DNA of 25,364 nucleotides from a virus (Duplodnaviria > Caudoviricetes), in IMG/VR virus record IMGVR_UViG_3300009080_000053, positions 1 to 25,364 of that record, one strand, 5' to 3'. The stretch's first letter is position 1; each line of letters begins with the position of its first letter. The notes under the pieces were generated by a model, which saw nothing but the letters and a program-made list of their open reading frames with translations, ran no database searches and was not told where the DNA came from. Of the stretch, positions 14,579-23,013 are shown one piece after another. A program made the position numbers and the translations under genes.

Positions 14579-14798
14579 CACTATACCGTTTGGTTATAAG
14601 CTAAGTGAGTCTAATAACGAAATGCTAGAGCCAGTACAAGAAGAGCTGGAAATTCTAGAAAAAGTGCTACCGCTTATAAGGGAAAAGACACTAAGCCTCA
14701 GAGAAGGCAGTATGTGGTTGACCCACGAGACAGGACGCTCAATATCACACATGGGATTAAAGAAAATTGCAGAACAAAGAAAACGATTGGGATATTAA
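14553..14798 (+). CDS. small DNA-binding protein resembling the serine-recombinase 'Recombinase' DNA-binding domain
   Basis: IPFGY...LEPVQEE...I...LSLRE...WL pattern, with an AGGAGG RBS. Confidence 0.55.
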   Translation: MENIRRSSSTIPFGYKLSESNNEMLEPVQEELEILEKVLPLIREKTLSLREGSMWLTHETGRSISHMGLKKIAEQRKRLGY

Positions 14799-16455
14799 TC
14801 CCGAAAATTACCTAACTGACGAAGAAGGTAACTTTAAGCTTAGAGCTGACGGAACTCCACGCAAGAAAGGTGGTAGACCAAAAGGCTCTAAGGGCAGAGG
14901 CTACAATTACCACTCAGAAACAAAAGCCAAGCAAGCTGCAAAGCGCAGCGTAAGAGACAAAGAAAAAAAACTAAAGTCAGCACAGAACAAAATAGATAAT
15001 TACAAGAAGTCTATAAGCAAAACTAAAAAGACTCTCAGCAAGCTCGAAAACGAGAACGAAACAAAGCTCGTAAGCGCCGATGAGCTGGACAACATTCCAT
15101 CAGCATTGCAAGCTGAAGCACGAGAGAATGTTATCTTTAAGGCTAATGAAGGCCCTCAAGAAGACTTTCTTGCAGCCGGCGAAACAGATGTGTTGTACGG
15201 TGGTGCAGCAGGGGGCGGTAAGTCATACGCTATGCTTATTGACCCCTTGCGTTTTGCACACCGGCCAGCCCATAGAGCATTAATCATTAGACGCTCTATG
15301 CCAGAACTTCGAGAACTAATAGACAAGAGTCGGGAGTTGTATCCAAAAGCATTTCCCGGAGCTAAGTACAAAGAAGTAGAAAAGATGTGGATATTCCCAA
15401 GCGGAGCTAAAATGGAGTTTGGGTTCTTGGAGCGAGATGCAGATGTATATCGTTATCAAGGTCAAGCATACAGCTTCATAGGCTTTGACGAGATTACACA
15501 TCTTCCAACAGAGTTTGCTTGGAACTACTTGGGGTCACGGTTACGTACCACAGACCCAGAAATTGAGGTTTATCTGCGATGCACAGCGAACCCCGGCGGT
15601 TCAGGAGCACATTGGGTAAAGAAACGATACATAGACCCCGCACCGCCCAACGAAAGCTTTAGAGGCGCAGATGGCCTAACAAGAAAGTTTATACCCGCTA
15701 GGTTACAAGATAACCCTTACCTAGCTAAAGATGGCCGCTACGAACAGATGTTAGCCTCGTTGCCGCCAACACAGCGCAAGCAGTTGTTAGAAGGAAACTG
15801 GGATGTTGCAGAAGGCGCAGCGTTTACAGAGTTTAACCCCTTTGACCATGTGATTACGCCTTTTGAGATTCCAGTACACTGGGAGCGCAGCAAAGGAATA
15901 GATTACGGGTACGCATCTGAAAGCGCTTGTGTATGGGGCGCAGTAGACCCTAGCGATGGTACATTGATTATATATCGTGAGCTATACCGCAAAGGCTTAC
16001 TAGGTACTGACCTTGCAAGAATGATTACAGAGATGGAGTACGAAGACCCCTTCTCAGTCTCTGGAGTGCTCGACACAGCTTGTTGGAGCCGAACAGGTAC
16101 TACCGGCCCCACTGTAGGCGAAACGCTACAGAGAGCCGGACACAAGCTCAGAAGAGCAGATAAGAACAGAATACAAGGTAAGATACAAATTCACGAATAC
16201 TTGAAGCTCATGCAAAGCGGTAGGCCACGAATACAAATATTTAACACATGCCCTAACCTGATACGCGAGCTTCAAAGTATTCCACTAGATAAGTCTAAGC
16301 CCGAAGACGTAGATACAAATGCATCAGACCACGCATATGATGCATTACGTTACTTAATAATGGCTAGGCCCCGTATCAACGATACGATACAACAACTCAG
16401 ACAGTTTAGAAAAGAATCACACTTTACACCGTCTGACTCGACATTTGGATATTAA
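14767..16455 (+). CDS. terL: terminase large subunit
   Basis: Walker A GGAAGGGKS, Walker B IGFDE, coupling motif TANPGG, nuclease motifs GIDYG and DHAYDALRY; TTG start. Confidence 0.95.
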   Translation: MQNKENDWDINPENYLTDEEGNFKLRADGTPRKKGGRPKGSKGRGYNYHSETKAKQAAKRSVRDKEKKLKSAQNKIDNYKKSISKTKKTLSKLENENETKLVSADELDNIPSALQAEARENVIFKANEGPQEDFLAAGETDVLYGGAAGGGKSYAMLIDPLRFAHRPAHRALIIRRSMPELRELIDKSRELYPKAFPGAKYKEVEKMWIFPSGAKMEFGFLERDADVYRYQGQAYSFIGFDEITHLPTEFAWNYLGSRLRTTDPEIEVYLRCTANPGGSGAHWVKKRYIDPAPPNESFRGADGLTRKFIPARLQDNPYLAKDGRYEQMLASLPPTQRKQLLEGNWDVAEGAAFTEFNPFDHVITPFEIPVHWERSKGIDYGYASESACVWGAVDPSDGTLIIYRELYRKGLLGTDLARMITEMEYEDPFSVSGVLDTACWSRTGTTGPTVGETLQRAGHKLRRADKNRIQGKIQIHEYLKLMQSGRPRIQIFNTCPNLIRELQSIPLDKSKPEDVDTNASDHAYDALRYLIMARPRINDTIQQLRQFRKESHFTPSDSTFGY

Positions 16456-16456
16456 T

Positions 16457-16819
16457 ATGGCACACTGTACTAAAAAAACAAAGTATAATAATGGCGGTTT
16501 AGTTGCCCGTAAAGAATTCAAAGGTATTGGTTCTATTGAAGGAAACCTGTCTGGAAACCAAGGCTATCGGGCTGGAGAAGTAAAGGCATCTACTAACTTA
16601 GGCGGTACACGAGTAACGGCAAGCAAGTTTAAAGACTCAATGGGTAGCTCGTCTACAAACTACAGTCTAGAAAAACAAATGAAAGGTAAGTCTTCTGCTG
16701 GTGTAAAGCTAGGTAAAAACCCAAGCGCTACTTACTCTAAAGATTTAGGAAAGGGATTTACACTAAAAGCACAGGTAGGTAAAAACTATCATGGCATGTC
16801 AATCTCTAAGCCCCTCTAA
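16457..16819 (+). CDS. basic beta-strand-rich hypothetical protein (possible virion/ejection protein)
   Basis: ATG at 16457 directly after the terL stop; N-terminal KTKYNNGG motif followed by alternating-residue strands. Confidence 0.65.
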   Translation: MAHCTKKTKYNNGGLVARKEFKGIGSIEGNLSGNQGYRAGEVKASTNLGGTRVTASKFKDSMGSSSTNYSLEKQMKGKSSAGVKLGKNPSATYSKDLGKGFTLKAQVGKNYHGMSISKPL

Positions 16820-16830
16820 AGGAACAGTAC

Positions 16831-18996
16831 ATGAACGAAGAAAACGAATCATACAAAAACGCTGATTATCTCTACTTCGAGCCTGAAGAAACAGCAGGCG
16901 GTCTTGAGATGGACTTAGAAGAAGATGTGCGCAACCGTTTCGTAGGCTTAGTTCAAGACCGTTACGCTAATGCTGAACAAGCAAGAGACTTTGACGAGCA
17001 TAGATGGCTAAAAGCCTATCACAACTTTCGAGGAATTTACAACAAGAATGTACGTTTCCGTGAAAGCGAAAAATCTAAAGTATTCGTAAAAGTTACTAAG
17101 ACCAAAGTATTAGCAGCTTTTGGTCAGTTGGTCGATGTTATTTTTGGTACCGGCCAGTTCCCAATAGGTGTACGCGAAACTAGACTGCCCGAAGGTATTG
17201 CTAAGTATACTCACCTTGAAGCAAGCGAGACTGGAATAGAAACTAGCGCACCTGAGTACGCTGAGCCAAAAGAAGTTAAGAATATTTATGGTGTTGGCTA
17301 CGAGGGTGACGGTCAAGTTTTAGGCCCCGGTGCTACACTTACCGCTTCAAAAAGCGTATTGTCTAAAGCTATTGAAGAAGCTAATGTAGAGTTTACAGAA
17401 GGCGCTTCCCCAGACCCACAAGTACTAGAACGCTCTCCGGCTAAAGAAGCGGCACGGAATATGCAGACACTTATACACGACCAGATTGAAGAGTCAGGCG
17501 GCTCCAGTGAATTGCGTAATGCTCTACTTGAAGCAGCTTTATTTGGAACTGGTATTGTTAAAGGCCCTTTCAACTATAACAAGACTTTAAGTCGTTGGAC
17601 AGTTGATGATGAGGGAGAGCGTAGTTATGACCCACTTGACGTTCGTGTTCCACGTATTGAGTTTGTAAGTATTTGGGATTTCTTCCCAGACCCTAGTGCC
17701 ACTACCATAGAAGACTGTGAGTATATTGTACACCGCCACAAAATGAATAAGTCTCAGTTAAGAGCCTTGACTAAAATGCCTTTCTTCAACAAAGACGCTA
17801 TTCGTGAGTGCATTCAGATGGGGCCTAACTATACTGAAAAAGACTATGAGCATGAATTAAAAGACGACCAACGAACCGAAGAATTTGGCGCAGCACAGTT
17901 TGAAGTTCTAGAGTACTGGGGTATTATGGATGCAGAGTATGCACGAGAAGTAGGCATGGAACTTCCAGATGAGGTAGATGATTTAGATGAAGTACAAGTT
18001 AATGCTTGGGTTAGTAATGGAAAGCTTCTTCGTGGTGTTGTTAATCCTTTTACTCCATACCGACTTCCATACAACGCCTTTCCTTACGAACGTAATCCTT
18101 ATTCTTTCTTTGGTATTGGCGTTGCAGAGAACATGGACGACTCTCAACAAATTATGAATGGTCACGCACGTATGGCTATTGATAATCTTGCGCTTGCAGG
18201 TTCATTAGTTTTTGACGTTGACGAATCAGCCCTAGTAGGCGGACAGAGCATGGATATTTATCCCGGCAAAGTATTTCGCCGTCAAGCCGGAATGCCCGGA
18301 CAAGCTATTCATGGTGTCAAATTTCCAAACACTGCTCAAGAAAATATGATGATGTTTGATAAGTTCAGACAGTTAGCTGACGAGCAAACAGGCATTCCCA
18401 GCTACTCGCATGGACAAACAGGCGTACAAAGCATGACCCGTACAGCTTCAGGTATGTCTATGTTGTTGGGTGCAGCGTCACTTAACATTAAAACAGTTAT
18501 TAAAAACATTGATGACTTCTTGTTAAAGCCTTTAGGCGAAGCATACTATCAGTGGAACATGCAGTTCTTTGAAGGGGAGCTGGATATTCAGGGCGACCTC
18601 GAAGTTCATGCAATGGGCACAAATAGCTTAATGCAAAAAGAAGTACGGAGTCAAAGACTCACTATGTTCTTGCAGACAGCACAAAATCCTGCTATTGCAC
18701 CGTTTGTTAAAATCTCTAAAATTGTTAGTGAGTTGGCTTACAGCCTTGACCTTGACCCTGATGAGATTCTTAACGACCCTGAAGAAGCAGCAATCATGGC
18801 ACAAATCATAGGAGCACAAAATGTTAGACAAGGAAATGGCGAACCGGCTGGGGCCGCTGGTCAACAACTCGGAGCTATGGGGGGCCCTGAAGGAGCACCT
18901 CAACAACCTCCGGAACTTGGAGCTACAGGGACTGGCGGTGGCAACATCGGAACTGGAATTGTACCGCAAGCAGGGGAAAGCGAGTTCACTGGCTAA
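16831..18996 (+). CDS. portal protein (head-tail connector)
   Basis: 721 aa downstream of TerL, with ALFGTGIVKGP, SIWDFFPDP, FFGIGVAE and TRTASGMSML motifs typical of podovirus portals. Confidence 0.9.
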   Translation: MNEENESYKNADYLYFEPEETAGGLEMDLEEDVRNRFVGLVQDRYANAEQARDFDEHRWLKAYHNFRGIYNKNVRFRESEKSKVFVKVTKTKVLAAFGQLVDVIFGTGQFPIGVRETRLPEGIAKYTHLEASETGIETSAPEYAEPKEVKNIYGVGYEGDGQVLGPGATLTASKSVLSKAIEEANVEFTEGASPDPQVLERSPAKEAARNMQTLIHDQIEESGGSSELRNALLEAALFGTGIVKGPFNYNKTLSRWTVDDEGERSYDPLDVRVPRIEFVSIWDFFPDPSATTIEDCEYIVHRHKMNKSQLRALTKMPFFNKDAIRECIQMGPNYTEKDYEHELKDDQRTEEFGAAQFEVLEYWGIMDAEYAREVGMELPDEVDDLDEVQVNAWVSNGKLLRGVVNPFTPYRLPYNAFPYERNPYSFFGIGVAENMDDSQQIMNGHARMAIDNLALAGSLVFDVDESALVGGQSMDIYPGKVFRRQAGMPGQAIHGVKFPNTAQENMMMFDKFRQLADEQTGIPSYSHGQTGVQSMTRTASGMSMLLGAASLNIKTVIKNIDDFLLKPLGEAYYQWNMQFFEGELDIQGDLEVHAMGTNSLMQKEVRSQRLTMFLQTAQNPAIAPFVKISKIVSELAYSLDLDPDEILNDPEEAAIMAQIIGAQNVRQGNGEPAGAAGQQLGAMGGPEGAPQQPPELGATGTGGGNIGTGIVPQAGESEFTG

Positions 18997-19054
18997 TTTA
19001 ATGAATCTCAAAGAACAAGCAATAGAAGCCCGTCAAAGAGTAGAGGAAAAGTAA
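18821..19054 (+). CDS. small helical protein overlapping the portal 3' end
   Basis: AGGAG RBS, ELYRKQG..SL..L..L motif typical of post-portal small proteins, and TAATG coupling to the next gene. Confidence 0.7.
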   Translation: MLDKEMANRLGPLVNNSELWGALKEHLNNLRNLELQGLAVATSELELYRKQGKASSLANLMNLKEQAIEARQRVEEK

Positions 19055-21006
19055 TGTCAGCAGTAAGTTTGTTATCAAAAGGAGCAATGAAGCTTTTTCA
19101 TGGAGCTAAGAAAAATTTTGATTCTTTCGATTCTGAGTTTGCAACCGAGACAGCTTTTGGAAAAGGTTTTTCATTTACCCCCGAACAAGACATAGCAGAA
19201 GGATACGCTAATATTACTCCGGCAAAACTTAGAAAGCTTTACGGAAAAGAATATGTAGAAGAAGCCATTGAAAGAAAAAAGGGCGGCACTCCTATTTTAT
19301 ATGAAGTTGAAGCAGATGTAAAAGATAGTGAAATTTTAGTTACTCGCAAAAATTTTAATGAACAAGATAAAGAAGTTCAAAAAAAATTAAAAAAACTAAT
19401 AGACGCAGAAGGATTAAATCTAGAAAAGTTAGATTTAAACAAGCCTAAGTTTTGGAGACAAATACTAAACTTAACAAATAAAGATGCAGATAAACTATTC
19501 ACTAAGTACGGAATTAAGGCTGCGCTAAAAGATGCACAAGATTCTAAGTTAAAACAAGTAGGCGGTAAAATAGAATACACAGTCTACGACCCTAAAGTAA
19601 TAAAAATTAAAAACAAAAAAGTTCTAGAAAGAACTGAAAAAAATAGAGGCGGCGAAATGAAAGTACCTAAACTAAAATACGCAGTAGGCTCAGTAGCTCA
19701 AGCAGCAGCAGAGGGTGCCGATTCATTGTTGTCCGAAGCTCGTAAAGATGTTGTAGCCCAAAGAGGCCCTGAGCCTGCAATGCCCAAAGAAGTAGAAGAG
19801 ATGGCAGAAGCAGTGGCTAAAGTAGAGCCGTCTACGCAAAAAGGAAGTTCAGAAATTGTACAGAAAAACATAAAAGACACTACAAAACTTGTAAACTCTT
19901 TTGAGTTTCAAGGCGGCAATGCAAAAATGGACAAGCAGTTTATTATTGAATCTTTGAGCGAAATATCTGATTCTCCTATTGTTGAGTCCAAGCAGTCTAT
20001 TGCTGAGTTTATTACTGACCTGCACCGTGTACAACTTGAAGAAGAAGCCAAGCCGCTTTTGTCGCCAAAAGATTTTAAAAAGCTTACTAGCTTTGCAGGT
20101 TCCCAAGACCGCTTGGAAAAGAAAGAAGGCGGCGAAGTATCTGACGTAGATAAGTATATTAACTTATTTGGTCAAATGGAACAGTCCATGAGTAAAGCTA
20201 AAACTCAAGAAGAAAAAGATAAAATTTATGAGCGTTGGTCACAAGTTGAGGAATCATTTGACGGTAATATTATTGCTGAAGCTATGGAAAAGATGGACGA
20301 AAGCCGAGAAGGAAAATTCTTAGGTGGGATACTTGGAAGTGTTATAGAAAAAGTAACATCTTCTAAAGGAACTACTACTGAGCCTGTAGGCCAAGAACCC
20401 GAAGCAAGCATAAGCAGTCTTGAAGGCCCCGACCCTATTTCTGCGGCTAATAACGCTCCAATTTCTAATACAGGCTTTGCGGAAGGCGGTTCACTTATGG
20501 CTCCCGATATGCCCGTAGATACTTATGATAATATACCACCAGAGGAAATGGAAGCCGTAAAAGCTACACAGCTTCCAGATGATGAGATGGAAGATGAGTA
20601 TGCCGGATTCGTTCTAGGCGAAGCCCTAAGTACAGAAGACCAAGAATATTTATTAGGCGCTCTCGAAAGTGACGGGCGCTTAGGCGAAATCTTTGATAAA
20701 ATAATGGATATTGCAGGAGAATTTGCAGGTGAAGGAGCCGTTGAAGGCCCCGGCACAGGCACATCAGATTCGATACCCGCAAGGTTGTCGGATGGTGAAT
20801 TTGTTTTCACTAAAAAAGCAACTGACCAAATTGGCACCGACAAGCTTCAAACTATGATGGATGATGCTGAACGTGCTTATGATGGCGGTTTAATGAAAAA
20901 GTACATGGGCGGCAGCATACTTGATGCTTCTGAAGAGCAGTTAGACCCTAATAAAAAGGTTTACAACCAGATGTTAGCGTCAAATGCAATGCCTAGTGTA
21001 CGATAA
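19054..21006 (+). CDS. modular putative virion protein with N-terminal ADP-ribosyltransferase-like domain
   Basis: LFHG...F..F...GKGFSFTP...AEGYA...EYTVYDP (H-Y-E ART pattern) and C-terminal GPGTGTSDSIPARLSDGEFV motif; lies between portal and scaffold. Confidence 0.7.
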   Translation: MSAVSLLSKGAMKLFHGAKKNFDSFDSEFATETAFGKGFSFTPEQDIAEGYANITPAKLRKLYGKEYVEEAIERKKGGTPILYEVEADVKDSEILVTRKNFNEQDKEVQKKLKKLIDAEGLNLEKLDLNKPKFWRQILNLTNKDADKLFTKYGIKAALKDAQDSKLKQVGGKIEYTVYDPKVIKIKNKKVLERTEKNRGGEMKVPKLKYAVGSVAQAAAEGADSLLSEARKDVVAQRGPEPAMPKEVEEMAEAVAKVEPSTQKGSSEIVQKNIKDTTKLVNSFEFQGGNAKMDKQFIIESLSEISDSPIVESKQSIAEFITDLHRVQLEEEAKPLLSPKDFKKLTSFAGSQDRLEKKEGGEVSDVDKYINLFGQMEQSMSKAKTQEEKDKIYERWSQVEESFDGNIIAEAMEKMDESREGKFLGGILGSVIEKVTSSKGTTTEPVGQEPEASISSLEGPDPISAANNAPISNTGFAEGGSLMAPDMPVDTYDNIPPEEMEAVKATQLPDDEMEDEYAGFVLGEALSTEDQEYLLGALESDGRLGEIFDKIMDIAGEFAGEGAVEGPGTGTSDSIPARLSDGEFVFTKKATDQIGTDKLQTMMDDAERAYDGGLMKKYMGGSILDASEEQLDPNKKVYNQMLASNAMPSVR

Positions 21007-21007
21007 C

Positions 21008-21292
21008 AATAAGGCTACCTGTTAGCGCAGCCCCTTATTACTTTAACTTAACCTAGAGGCCACCTTGTAGTATCAAGCCCCGAATGTCTAGCTAACATTT
21101 CGGCTACCTTGAAGAGACGACAAGCCCCAAAAGGAGTGCGACATGACTGACTTACAAGAAATAGAAGAAGAAGCAGCAAACCCATACAACATGAGAAAAG
21201 ATTGGCATGATGAAGATGACAAACCTTTTGAAAGTGCTGATGGCGTTTATTACGAAAAGAAAGCAAAGAAGGCCACCCGAAAGGCCCCTTCT
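21008..21292 (+). promoter_or_regulatory. four copies of a structured RNA motif around the scaffold start (putative translational operator)
   Basis: GG-CYAC-[stem-loop]-CC-CC at 21013-21034, 21058-21081, 21102-21128 and 21271-21288, with different but complementary stems. Confidence 0.65.
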
Positions 21293-21946
21293 GAAGAAGA
21301 GTCCGCTACAGATTACAAGAAGCGATACGATGACTTAAAAAAGCATTACGATACAAAGATTAGTGAGTTCAAGCAAAAAGAGCAAGAACTACAAGCAGAA
21401 GCTCGAATGACACAGCATGTTGAACAGGCCGTTCGTCACGAGGATAACTCTGAAGAAGTTCAAGCTCAAGAGTATGCAGAACAAACAGCCCCTGCTGTAG
21501 AGAACGATACACGACTCTCAGCACTTGATGAACGTGAAGCTAGGATTGCTCGCAAAGAAGCTGAATTAACTCTTAGCTCAGCACATCCTGATTTTGCAGA
21601 TATACGGCAAAGCGATGAGTTTCATTCATGGGCCAAAGCACAGCCAGAGGCTATTCAAGACTGGGTGTATAATAATCCTAATAACGTAAGCTTAGCAGTC
21701 AAAGCTATCGACCTCTATAAACTAGAGTCGGGTTTAAGCTCTCAACCTTCTTCAGGTAAGAAAGTACAGTCGCAATCTATGTCCCCCTCGGCAGCAGATA
21801 TGGTTTCAACTAAAACAAAAACCGTAAATGCAAATGAGCCAAAGGTGTGGACACAACGGGAAATTACTGCACTGTCTATGGTTGAATACGATAAATATGA
21901 AAAAGAAATCGATGCAGCCATAATTGAAGGCAGAGTAGTAGCTTAA
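21143..21946 (+). CDS. capsid scaffolding protein
   Basis: Acidic coiled-coil protein (DYKKRYDDLKKHYD) directly upstream of the major capsid gene, with an AAGGAG RBS. Confidence 0.8.
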   Translation: MTDLQEIEEEAANPYNMRKDWHDEDDKPFESADGVYYEKKAKKATRKAPSEEESATDYKKRYDDLKKHYDTKISEFKQKEQELQAEARMTQHVEQAVRHEDNSEEVQAQEYAEQTAPAVENDTRLSALDEREARIARKEAELTLSSAHPDFADIRQSDEFHSWAKAQPEAIQDWVYNNPNNVSLAVKAIDLYKLESGLSSQPSSGKKVQSQSMSPSAADMVSTKTKTVNANEPKVWTQREITALSMVEYDKYEKEIDAAIIEGRVVA

Positions 21947-21980
21947 ATAACTATTGTCTTAAATAAAAAGGAAAATAATC

Positions 21981-22943
21981 ATGGCTTTTAACCAATCAGA
22001 CCGATATTTCGCAGAAGGTTCTAACAGCAATTTCGGCACAAGCACTAACTTTATGCCTGCCATTTACTCGAAGAAGGTTCTTAACTTCTTCCGTAAAGCT
22101 TCTGTTGCTGAAGCAATCACCAACACTGATTACGCTGGTGAGATTTCAGCGTTCGGCGATTCTGTAAAAATTATCAAAGAACCTGTAATCACCGTTGAGC
22201 AGTATCAACGTGGTGCTGATACTACTGCAACTGCATTGACCGATTCTGAAATTACTCTGGTCGTTGACACAGCTAACGCATTTAAGTTCATCGTAGACGA
22301 CATCGAAACTTCTATGTCTCACGTAAACTTTAAAGAAGTAGCTGCTTCGTCTGCCGCTTACGCTCTGCGTGATGCATTCGATGCTGGCGTACTTGCTGCT
22401 ATGGAAGCAGGCTTGAGTGCTTCTGCTCCTGACCACATCCTTGGCGGTGATACTACTGCTTCAGCGGGTGACGGCGTTCTGTCAGGAACTGACGCAATCG
22501 GTTTGCAAAATGCTAACACTGACCCTCTGGATGTACTGGCTCGCTTGGCTCGTCTGCTTGACGACCAAAACGTACCAGAAGAAGGTCGTTGGGTAGTTGC
22601 TCCTCCTGTATTCTACGAAGAGCTGTCACAGTCTGACTCTAAGCTCTTATCAGTAGATTACAACGGCGGCCAAGGCTCTATCCGCAATGGTCTAGTAAGC
22701 TCTGGCAAGCTGCGTGGATTCAGCATGTATAAGTCTAACAACATGGGTGGTCTTGTCGCTAACGCTGACGGCCTCATCTTGGGCGGCCACATATCTGCGG
22801 TATGTACTGCACAGACTATCACCAGCACTGAGGTCATCCGTGACCCGTCTAGCTTTGGTGACATCTGCCGTGGTCTACACGTATACGGCGTTAAGGTTCT
22901 CCGACCTGAAGCCCTTGTTGGATGCTACTTCAACATTGCATAA
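21981..22943 (+). CDS. major capsid protein (P22 coat-like, HK97 fold)
   Basis: 320 aa; FMPAIYSKKVL...DYAGEI..FGDSVKI, LDDQNVPEEGRWVV and GLHVYGVKVLRPEAL; biased codon usage; AAGGA RBS. Confidence 0.92.
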   Translation: MAFNQSDRYFAEGSNSNFGTSTNFMPAIYSKKVLNFFRKASVAEAITNTDYAGEISAFGDSVKIIKEPVITVEQYQRGADTTATALTDSEITLVVDTANAFKFIVDDIETSMSHVNFKEVAASSAAYALRDAFDAGVLAAMEAGLSASAPDHILGGDTTASAGDGVLSGTDAIGLQNANTDPLDVLARLARLLDDQNVPEEGRWVVAPPVFYEELSQSDSKLLSVDYNGGQGSIRNGLVSSGKLRGFSMYKSNNMGGLVANADGLILGGHISAVCTAQTITSTEVIRDPSSFGDICRGLHVYGVKVLRPEALVGCYFNIA

Positions 22944-22962
22944 GCTGTAACCAATTAAGTGC

Positions 22963-22989
22963 GGGGGCTGTAAAAGGCCCCCAATCTTT
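22963..22989 (+). terminator. probable (leaky) terminator after the capsid gene
   Basis: GGGGGC-tgtaaaag-GCCCCC followed by a weak AATCTTT tail. Confidence 0.6.
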
Positions 22990-23013
22990 AACAAATTTAA
23001 AGGCTAAATAAAC

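Noticed and set aside
14553-14798. Evidence of an integrase and temperate lifestyle
   Set aside because: Only a short DNA-binding-like domain is present, with no serine-recombinase catalytic domain, repressor or att site visible.
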